This document shows positions 34,859 to 43,300 of a stretch of 64,000 bases of DNA, one piece after another; position 1 is the stretch's first letter; each line of letters begins with the position of its first letter. The notes beneath the pieces are model-generated. The model had not been told where the DNA came from. It did not search any database and saw only the letters and a list, made by a program, of their open reading frames with translations. The DNA is from a virus. Its lineage: Duplodnaviria > Caudoviricetes. The position numbers and the translations under genes were made by a program. The stretch is taken from the IMG/VR virus record IMGVR_UViG_3300042139_000023, one strand, 5' to 3'.

Positions 34859-35264
34859 CGGTGCCCAGCTCGATGGTTTCGGTCATCGTGCTGGGCTCGC
34901 CGCCCTCGTCCGGATTCAGGGCGCCCGTACCGGACTCGGTCTGGGCGCCCCAGGCGTAGGCGGTGATGATGCAGCCGGGCTCCAGCGAGATGCCCTCGTT
35001 CACCCAGACCTCCGCCTGCTGCGGAGCGTCCAGTGGGGCGGGGAGCTGCGCGATGAAGGTCCGGCTCATCGGGCCGGTGGCACTCTCGGTGAGGGTGTAG
35101 TTCACGCCTCCCAGCAGGAGCCTCGGCTGGAACGGGCTTGGGTTGTCCTGCCCGAAGGTGAAGTAGACGCGCACCCCGCCGATGGTGGGGAAGTCGCCCG
35201 GCTGAGGCACCTCGAAGGGGAGCTTCGCGATCACGCCAGACGGCGGAATCTGCATGTCGGTCAC
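34791..35264 (-). CDS. Hypothetical protein at the end of the tail operon
   Basis: 157 aa; GTGA coupling to the upstream small gene; 3' end overlaps the resolvase 3' end. Confidence 0.65.
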   Translation of the reverse strand: MTDMQIPPSGVIAKLPFEVPQPGDFPTIGGVRVYFTFGQDNPSPFQPRLLLGGVNYTLTESATGPMSRTFIAQLPAPLDAPQQAEVWVNEGISLEPGCIITAYAWGAQTESGTGALNPDEGGEPSTMTETIELGTVTVLTWPEWNRLTGANEGLEGS

Positions 35265-35440
35265 GGCATCTCCTGCGGGTCGGCCTGATCAGTCGGCTGG
35301 CTGGCGATACGGGCCTGAGCGGCGGCCCGGCGCTCACGCTCCAGGGCGGCCTCCAGCATGGCGATCTTCCTGTGAGCCTCGGTGAGCTGGCGTTCGTACG
35401 AACCCAGCACATCCTCCGAGGACACCGTCCCTACATCCAC
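35261..35440 (-). CDS. Small coiled-coil protein
   Basis: Manual translation MDVGTVSSEDVLGSYERQLTEAHRKIAMLEAALERERRAAAQ...; RBS GGAGGAG. Confidence 0.65.
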   Translation of the reverse strand: MDVGTVSSEDVLGSYERQLTEAHRKIAMLEAALERERRAAAQARIASQPTDQADPQEMP

Positions 35441-36201
35441 GTGTTCTCCTCCAGAATGCCGCGCCTGACGGCGGCGGCCACCACCCGCTTGCGCATGATC
35501 TCCGGCACGTTGCTCGTCATCAGGGCGTGGCTCACGAACCCGTCCCGGGCCGTCTCCAGCTCGCTCTCCCGGTCGGTCAGGAGCTGGCGCACCTCGTCGA
35601 GCGGACCGGAGGAGACCAGCTCCAGTCGCTGGGTCTGCTCCTCCATGCGCGTCATCGTGTCAGTCCGAGCCCCGACCGTATCGGTCGACAGTCCGGTCAT
35701 CCCCTTACAGGGGAAAGTCTGCTGCTGGTCCGATGCCAGGCAGCCCTTCACGTCGTCGATTCCCGACAGCACCGTGTCCAGGCACATCTTCACCGCGCCG
35801 TCCGTCGTCCCGGGCAGCGCGGTGAGCCGGGATTCGACGCGGTCCAGAACGTAGTCCGGGCGGAAGGACTTCATGCGGACCGGGGGCGCATCGAAGTAGT
35901 GCTCCGTGATGGTCGCAAGCGGATGCACGCCATAGTCCTCATTGTCGGACTCCCGGGCGTAGTACCGCTCCAGATCCTTCAGCTCCATGTCGATGGTGCT
36001 GGCGTAGTCCCCCAGCCCCCACATCTCCTTGCGATAGGCGACCACACTCAGGCGGATGTGGTGACCGAACTCCACTGGATCATCCGGATCGTTGGGGTTC
36101 CTGTGGACGACGATCAGCATGTCCTGTGTCGGGTCGTACTCCTCACCCTTGGCGGGCTGGTGCGGCCGGATTACGTGCCGGATCACGTCGATTTCAGCCA
36201 T
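35431..36201 (-). CDS. Hypothetical protein, possible tail fibre assembly factor
   Basis: 256-aa ORF directly after the large tail protein. Confidence 0.65.
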   Translation of the reverse strand: MAEIDVIRHVIRPHQPAKGEEYDPTQDMLIVVHRNPNDPDDPVEFGHHIRLSVVAYRKEMWGLGDYASTIDMELKDLERYYARESDNEDYGVHPLATITEHYFDAPPVRMKSFRPDYVLDRVESRLTALPGTTDGAVKMCLDTVLSGIDDVKGCLASDQQQTFPCKGMTGLSTDTVGARTDTMTRMEEQTQRLELVSSGPLDEVRQLLTDRESELETARDGFVSHALMTSNVPEIMRKRVVAAAVRRGILEENTWM

Positions 36202-36207
36202 CTTTCC

Positions 36208-39200
36208 TCACGGAGTTCCACAGACGGCGATGAAGAATACCTCGGTGGTTCCCGAGGAGGAAACGTACTGGAATCCACCCTCGGTTCCGCTGGGGAAGGT
36301 GACGATTGAACTGGTTGCGGGCGTACTTCCAGCGTTCGGGGTGATGATCGGGTAGTACCGGCGAGTGGTGACCGATCCGTACGAATACGTACCGTTCTGG
36401 AACCCGACCCGGTCCATCCGGAACATGTCGTTCTGGAAATGGCCGGTGTTGAACATGCCACCGATACGGAAACGAGCCACCGAGGAATCCCAGTAGATTC
36501 CCTGAACGGAGATCGTCTCGGTTCCGTACTGTCGAGTAATCTTCGAACCGTTCACACCGTAGGCAAACTGAAGGTCCACCCGGCCGGAGGAGTTCACCGT
36601 CTGCTCCGGGCCGGTGATGACGAAGCCGCGCGGGTCCCACCCCCCAGTACCGGATGCGTCGGCCTGAAAAATGCGGGGGCCGTAGTTCGTCAGGCCGTCC
36701 CAGCGGATACCGGACTGACCGTTGAAGTTGGCATTCTCCGTGATCTTGATGACGGCGCCGCCGGACTGGCTCGTCATCTCGTAGTAAGCCGACCTGATCG
36801 AGTGCTTGGCCGTGATGGCGTCGGCGTTCAGGACGTCGGTGGTCACCGCGTTGGCGGCGAGCAGTGGAGTCTTGATCAGGCCGTTGCCGATGAAGACCGA
36901 CTGCTCCTGCCAGATCTCGATCTGGGTGAACTCCAGAGCCACGGCCGGGTCCACCGTGTTCTCGAACTTTACATACAGATAAGGGATGTAGCTGACCGTA
37001 CCGGCCGCCGGGTTCCATCCGGTCGTCGACTCAACCGTGTAGGTGCCATTCGCCGAGATCGTGAAGTCCGACCGGATCGTTCCCGAAGTGGCGATGGGGG
37101 CACCACTGCTCTGGAACTGACGCGCCAGCATGGCCACGTTGATCGTTGCTGCGCCCGGACTGGCCGGAATGCCGGTCGCCGTGACGACGAACCGGCACTT
37201 GATACTTCCGGTGGAAATGCCGTCCGTGTTGCCCGGCCGGGTGAAGGGGATCGCCAGTTCGTTGCTGCTCAGGGACGGACCGGGGAAGGTCTGGAGCGGG
37301 TAGTTCACCAGCGTGTTGTTGGTGAAACCGAACCGGTTGAAGTTGTTCGCGCCGGAGTTGTTGTCGATCCGGAGGGCGCCCCCGGCGGTTATCGACCAAG
37401 CCACACCGCTACCGGAAGTAGCGGTCGCCTGAGTGAGGCGCGCGGTGTTCAGCGGGGCCGAGGAGAACGTCGGGTCGACGACCAGATTCGACGGGTTGCC
37501 GACCGCCAGGTTCTCCACGGTGAGACTGTGGGCCTTGATCTGCTCGGCCGTCAGGGTGCCGGTGGCGATGTTGTTCGCCGTGATCGTGTTCGCCGCGATG
37601 TCCGGGCCACTGACACCGAGCACGACGATCGAGCTGACTGCCGAAGTCGCCGAGATGACCGAGGCGCTGTTCATCGCCTTGAAGCGGACGTAGACGGTGT
37701 TGCCGACGTTCCAGGTCGGCAGGCCGCCCTTGCCGCTCATGATGAGCCCGGCGCCGCCCGAGAAGATGTCGCCCGCGTGGAACCACGTGGAGTTGTTGGT
37801 CGACACCTCGACCTGGACTTCGCGAAACTCCGGTGGGTAGGCGTTGCCGTCCTCGTCCTTGCCGTCCCACTCGGCCTTCACCGTGCTGAGCTTCGACGAG
37901 AGGATCGGCGCCGAGGGGATCTCGGGGGCCGTCGTCGGGTAACCCATCGTCTGGGTGATGGCGTTCGACCAGTCCGAGGCGTAGCCCGAATCGCGGATGG
38001 CCTGCACCCGGAACTCGTAGCTGTAGCCCGAGTCCAGCAGCGGCACCTTGGCGTGGATCACCTGGCCGGTGGACGGCGAATCAGGCTGGGTCACCTGGAC
38101 GGTGAACGCCTGCTGCCAGTTGAAGTCCGACCGGCGCGCGGCCACGTTGTACCGCAGGATGTCGATCGTGCGGTTCTCGACGTCCTTGGTGGAGACCTGG
38201 AAGGCGACGTCGGCCATCGAGACCGGGTCGCCCAGCGAGGAGAAGTACGGCTCGTTGGTCACCGAGTTCAGGATCGGCGCCTTGGGGGGCGTGGAGTCGA
38301 TCGGAGCGGGCTTCTGGGGCTTCGTACCGGCGCCCGTGCCTCCGCCGCCCGTGGGGCCGCCCGCGCCCGACACACGGGAAACCCAGCGCTCCGTCTGGAG
38401 GGCGCGGTCGGTGAACCGGTCGTTGAGGGTGAGCGCTACACCGACGCCGTACGGATCCGTCCCGGAGAGGGTGATCTGGTAGACACGCATCGACGCCTTC
38501 TGGGCGCCGGTCGTCGCGTCACTCATCGCCCGGATGAAGTCGCCCGGCCGGTAGTCCACGAGCGGCACCGGGGCACCCTCGGTCCAGACGAACTTCTTCG
38601 TGTACTGGGTGCGGCTCTTGTACTTCGTGAGCAGCAGGTTGTCGGTGATCTGAGCGAGGGTCTGCACATCGGTGACGCCTGACGCCGAGATCGATTCGTC
38701 CCACTTCCCCCAGGGGTACTCGACGGAGTCCGGCGCCTCGACCATGCCGGAGATGAGCTGCTGGTCGCCGACGGCCACGATGAATCCGGCCAGGTCTTCC
38801 CAGGTGCGCTCGACCGGCTCTTCGGTGGTGCCGACCATGCTGTGGACGTGAACGCCCGTGTCGCTGTCGAGCTGGCGCCGCAGTGTCGTGTCGGCCTTGT
38901 ACATCTGGAGAACGCGCTTGTTCATCCGCCAGTCGAAGAAGCCCTGACGGGAGAGGGCGTCGATCATCGACCAGGCGTCCTGGCCGTAATCGAAGTTGCC
39001 CTTCATCGTGACGCCCCAGGCAGTGCCTGCGGAATCCACACTGCCGGTGAAGTCGTACGTCAGGCCGGGGATGTTCCCCCGGTTCCTGGCGAGGTCGATG
39101 ATGTCCTTGACGGGAAGCGCCGGGGACACGGACGTCTTGTAAGCGATCTGCCCGTCCTTGTTCAGGCGCGGGTTGTCCGGGTCCATCCAGCGGACCTTCT

Positions 39201-39528
39201 TGAGCTGCCATCCGTACGACGGCATCGTGAAGGAGAGGATGCGCGGCCGGGCGGCGAGGTCGAACGACCGGCGGACGTTCATGAACCGGCACCCGGGGTG
39301 TTCGGTGAAGGTGCCCGTGTTGGGGTCGCGCAGCTCAAGCGCCACTTCGCAGGGCGACTTCAGCAGGTTGGCCGCGTCCGACCCGTCCGGGTAGGTCATC
39401 GTCAGCGAGGGCATGTCGTTGAGCGGAATGCCAGCTTCCCAGGAAAGCGGATGCGGCAGGATTCCGATCGCCGCGCCGTTTGCGGCGTACGCCCGGAAGC
39501 GAACGACCAGCGTATTCACCAGCGCCAT
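36208..39528 (-). CDS. Large minor tail / tail tip-fibre protein with Fn3-like domains
   Basis: Follows the distal tail gene; YSYEFRVQAI...SDWS Fn3 motif; ITANNIATGTLTAEQI and AVTTDVLNADAITAK fibre repeats. Confidence 0.85.
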   Translation of the reverse strand: MALVNTLVVRFRAYAANGAAIGILPHPLSWEAGIPLNDMPSLTMTYPDGSDAANLLKSPCEVALELRDPNTGTFTEHPGCRFMNVRRSFDLAARPRILSFTMPSYGWQLKKVRWMDPDNPRLNKDGQIAYKTSVSPALPVKDIIDLARNRGNIPGLTYDFTGSVDSAGTAWGVTMKGNFDYGQDAWSMIDALSRQGFFDWRMNKRVLQMYKADTTLRRQLDSDTGVHVHSMVGTTEEPVERTWEDLAGFIVAVGDQQLISGMVEAPDSVEYPWGKWDESISASGVTDVQTLAQITDNLLLTKYKSRTQYTKKFVWTEGAPVPLVDYRPGDFIRAMSDATTGAQKASMRVYQITLSGTDPYGVGVALTLNDRFTDRALQTERWVSRVSGAGGPTGGGGTGAGTKPQKPAPIDSTPPKAPILNSVTNEPYFSSLGDPVSMADVAFQVSTKDVENRTIDILRYNVAARRSDFNWQQAFTVQVTQPDSPSTGQVIHAKVPLLDSGYSYEFRVQAIRDSGYASDWSNAITQTMGYPTTAPEIPSAPILSSKLSTVKAEWDGKDEDGNAYPPEFREVQVEVSTNNSTWFHAGDIFSGGAGLIMSGKGGLPTWNVGNTVYVRFKAMNSASVISATSAVSSIVVLGVSGPDIAANTITANNIATGTLTAEQIKAHSLTVENLAVGNPSNLVVDPTFSSAPLNTARLTQATATSGSGVAWSITAGGALRIDNNSGANNFNRFGFTNNTLVNYPLQTFPGPSLSSNELAIPFTRPGNTDGISTGSIKCRFVVTATGIPASPGAATINVAMLARQFQSSGAPIATSGTIRSDFTISANGTYTVESTTGWNPAAGTVSYIPYLYVKFENTVDPAVALEFTQIEIWQEQSVFIGNGLIKTPLLAANAVTTDVLNADAITAKHSIRSAYYEMTSQSGGAVIKITENANFNGQSGIRWDGLTNYGPRIFQADASGTGGWDPRGFVITGPEQTVNSSGRVDLQFAYGVNGSKITRQYGTETISVQGIYWDSSVARFRIGGMFNTGHFQNDMFRMDRVGFQNGTYSYGSVTTRRYYPIITPNAGSTPATSSIVTFPSGTEGGFQYVSSSGTTEVFFIAVCGTP

Positions 39529-39531
39529 ATG

Positions 39532-40374
39532 TCACACCACCGCGTACCTGGATCGCACCTGCACTCCGTTGTTTCCGCCAGCAGTTGTAACGGTGAATGT
39601 ACCGGTCCTGTTCCCGAAAGAACCGGAACCGCGCGACGTAAAAGTCAGCGGTCCGTTTCCACGGAATTCCAGGGCGCCCGTGACGTTCGTTCCCGTGGTG
39701 AAAGTCCAGACTTCCGAGGACTGAAGGCGAGCCCTCATGTAGCGGGGGTCGATGAGCAGCCACTGCGCCGAGCTGACCGAGGACGACCCGTCACCCCAGA
39801 AGACCGAGGTCGTCGAGGTGTTGTCGGTGACCGTGAGGGAGGTGGCCGGACCCTTCAGCAGCAGGAGCGAATCGGCGATGGGCACCGTCGAGGAGAGCGC
39901 GTTGGCCAGGGTGTTCGAGGAGCTGTTGAAGAAGGTCACCGTGGTCTCGGTGCCCCGCCAGGCGCCGCCGGGGATGTTGAAGATGATCGTCGCGTCGGCC
40001 CGGTTGCTCGGGCAGGAGAAGTCCGGAGTGTTCATCGAGACGAGCTGGGCATCGGCCGTCTCCTCGATCGTCCCCCGGACCCGGGTGAGGGTGATGGGCT
40101 GGTTCGTACCCATGCCGAGCAGGCCCATCAGAGTGTTCCACCGCGAGGCCAGCGCCTCTGGCGTGAGATCGACGATGCGGATCTTCAGGGAGACCGTGAT
40201 CTGCGACAGCGGATCGTCCCACTGGGGGATCGCGTAGTGCGTGTTCGGTACCTCGATGACGGCACGGCGCGGCGCCAGGGCCGGTGCGTACTCGGTGCCC
40301 TCCAGGAGGTACATCCCCGAGGTGATGGCCTTGCCGCCGATCGTGAACCCGTTGATCTTGTATGCCGTCGCCAT
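39532..40374 (-). CDS. Distal tail (Dit-like) minor tail protein
   Basis: Immediately downstream of the tape measure gene; 280 aa, beta-rich. Confidence 0.75.
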   Translation of the reverse strand: MATAYKINGFTIGGKAITSGMYLLEGTEYAPALAPRRAVIEVPNTHYAIPQWDDPLSQITVSLKIRIVDLTPEALASRWNTLMGLLGMGTNQPITLTRVRGTIEETADAQLVSMNTPDFSCPSNRADATIIFNIPGGAWRGTETTVTFFNSSSNTLANALSSTVPIADSLLLLKGPATSLTVTDNTSTTSVFWGDGSSSVSSAQWLLIDPRYMRARLQSSEVWTFTTGTNVTGALEFRGNGPLTFTSRGSGSFGNRTGTFTVTTAGGNNGVQVRSRYAVV

Positions 40375-40377
40375 CGC

Positions 40378-43300
40378 TCACACCCCGCTGATCGTCGCTG
40401 CGTAGGCCAGCGACCTGTTGATCGTAGTCGACGTGGGCTCGGCCTGCGGGTACTGGTTGTTGATGTTGAAGACGTTCGTCGGACCCTGTGACGGGGCGGC
40501 CAGACGGGCGGTGAACACCGACACGCTCTCCGGCGGAACCTGCTGCACCGCACTGCTGCCGCCGAGCATCGTCGTCCCCGCGCCTCCCTGCCGCGCCCGG
40601 ACCTGCTTCGAGCCGCCCGTCACGCCGGAGTCCAGCAGGCGCTTGGCCACACCGGAGAAGCCCCGGCCGCCGTGCCGGTTGATGACCTCCAGCAGGGCGC
40701 CGAAGCGCTTGGCCGAGGCAGCGTTCACGACGAACTCGCCGTTGGAGAGCATCGCCGGAATCACGTCGGACTTCGGGCCGCCAGGCCCGTTGATCCAGCC
40801 ACCGTTGGCCGCCGCGTAGCTCTTCGGCGGGGAGTTCTTCTGGTAGTAGTAGTAACCCACCGAGACGGTTGCCGACCTGGTCAGCGCGTTGGTGATCCGG
40901 CCACCGGCCGTATACGCGGCCTGGACGATTCCGCCGAGCTGCCGGTTGAAGGTGCCGACACCGGCCAGGGTGACGGTGCCCTTCGGGTTCAGCTTCCCCT
41001 TGTTCGCGTCGGCGACCGCGCGCTTCAGAGCTTCCAGCAGAGCCTTGAACTCGTCGTCGTCGAGCTTGCCGTCACCGTTGACGTCGAACTCACCGGCCGC
41101 CTCCTTGCCCAGGATGAGCTGGGCAAGGGCGGTCATCTGGGCCCGGTACTCCTTGTCGTTGAGCTGGGCCTTGCCCTTCGGGTTGAGCAGACCCTGGCCC
41201 TCCGTGGACGCCAGGAACTCGGTCATCGCGAGCACCTTCGCCCGGTACTCCGCGTCGCTCAGCTTGCCCTTGCCCTTCGCGTCCAGCTTGCCCTCGGCCT
41301 CCAGGCCGTCCACGAACGTGGTGAGCTGGGTGAGCTGCGACTGGAAGATCAGGGTGTTGAGGGTGGCCTTGCCCTCCTTGTTCAGGTTCGCGTTCTTCAG
41401 CAGCTCCTGGAGCTTGGCGATGTCACCCTGCGCCTTGATGATGTCGATGGCGACCTCGGGCTTGACCTTCTTCTTGCCGACGAGGTCGATGTACAGACTC
41501 AGGTCGCTCAGCGACTTGAACGCCTTGGCGTCGTCGGCCGAAATGTCGATCTTCACGCCCTTGACCTGGCTGAGCTGGGTCACCAGCTTGGCGTACTGGT
41601 TCGAGACGTCGGCGAAGTCCTCGCTGGTCTTCGCCTTGTCGATCAGGTTGCCGAAGACATCGGCGATGATCGTGCGCGTCTGGAGTGTGGCGTTCTCGAT
41701 CTTCCCGGAGTTCTGAATGATGGCCGCCGCGAGGTTGCTGGTGGCGTCGCCGCCGATCTCGGCCAGGCGCGGGCCCAGCTTCTCCAGCTCCTTAGCCGAG
41801 AGGTCGGCCAGCTCGGCGACGGCGGGCGCCGCCTCCGGACCCATCTTGCGGAACTGCTCGGCGACCTCCGGCCCGAGGGTCGCGGAGATCTTGATCAGGT
41901 TCGCCGACCAGTCGCGCTGCGCCTTGGCGATCTTCTCCAGTTCCTTGATATAGGCATCCAGGCCACCCTTGGTCTTCAGCGAGAACTTGTCGATCGCGTC
42001 CTCGGCCTTGCCGAATGCCGACTCGGCCGCCGACTTGAAGGCGTCGAGCGGAGTGCCGAACTTCTCGAAGGTCTGGGCAAGCTGGTCGATCGCCTGCTGC
42101 GCCTCTTCGCCCGTGGTGTCCAGATCCTCCAGGGCGGACTTCGTCAGCTTGATCTTGCCGCTCGCCGAGCTGGCCGAGGTGCCGGTCTCGTCGAGCGCGT
42201 CGGCCAGCAGGCCCTTGGTGATCGAGAGCTTCGTCGAGGCGCTGTCTTCGGCGGAGATCGTCGTACGCAGGGCCTCCAGGAAGTTCTTCAGGCGGATGGC
42301 TGCGGCGGCCTCGTTATTGATCTGCTCACCGAGCTTGCCGGAGCCCGACGGTGCGTAGTTGTCGGCCGTCTTGCCGACTTCCTTGATCGCAGCGTCGAGC
42401 TGCCGAAGCGCCTTGTCGGGGTCGGAGAGGGACAGCTCCAGCAGGCTGCCGACGTTCACGCCCGCCTCGCCGAGCTGTTCCAGGGAGCGTCGGCTGAGGT
42501 CACTTCCGTCGGCCAGCTTCGACGTCTCCACTGCGGCCTGGGCGGTGTCGAGCAGCCACTGCTTGGTGTTCTCACCGATGGCCGCCGTGTTCTGGCCCAG
42601 CGCCTCGGTCGTCTTGTTGATGACGCCCTCTTCCTTCGCGATCTCGCGAAGGTAGCGCTGCGCCGCCTGGGCTCCGGTGCCGTGCCCCTTGGCCTGCTCC
42701 TCCAGGGCTTCCTTCGAACCCTTCGTCGCCTCGATCGCGCGCAGCCGCTCCTTGGCCTCCGTGCGCGCCGCCTCGGCCGAACGCACGTCGGCATCGGCCA
42801 GGTCGCCCTTCGTGGTGGTGATCGTGCGGTAGACGCCGATGGACTCCAGAGCACTCTTCGAGCCGTCCTTGATCGCCGCGTTGTACTGCCTCACGCCACC
42901 GGCCGCCAGCACCGCCGCGTCGGTGTCGGCCTTGATCGCGTTGGCCAGGGCCTGCGTGCCACCACTTGCCTCGAACGCGGCGTCGGCGATCTTCTCCGAC
43001 TCCGATCGGAAGTCGAACATTTTGCCGATGAGCGGACCGAGCAGGATGCCCGCCGTGGCGATGGCGATACCCCAAGGGCCGAACGCGAAGGCTGCGGCGC
43101 GGGCCGCCAGACCCGAGGCCGTGATGCCGGTGGTTGCCCGGGTGAAGGCACCGGCCGCAACGGTGCTGGACGCGGCAGCCGTTCCCATACCGGCGCCCAT
43201 CTGGGCACCGGCCGCCGCCGCGTTGCGCATGGAGGCCGACATCAGGTTGGTCGTCGGCACCGCGCGGGCGGTCGCGGTGTTCAGGCCCGCCACGGCCGTT

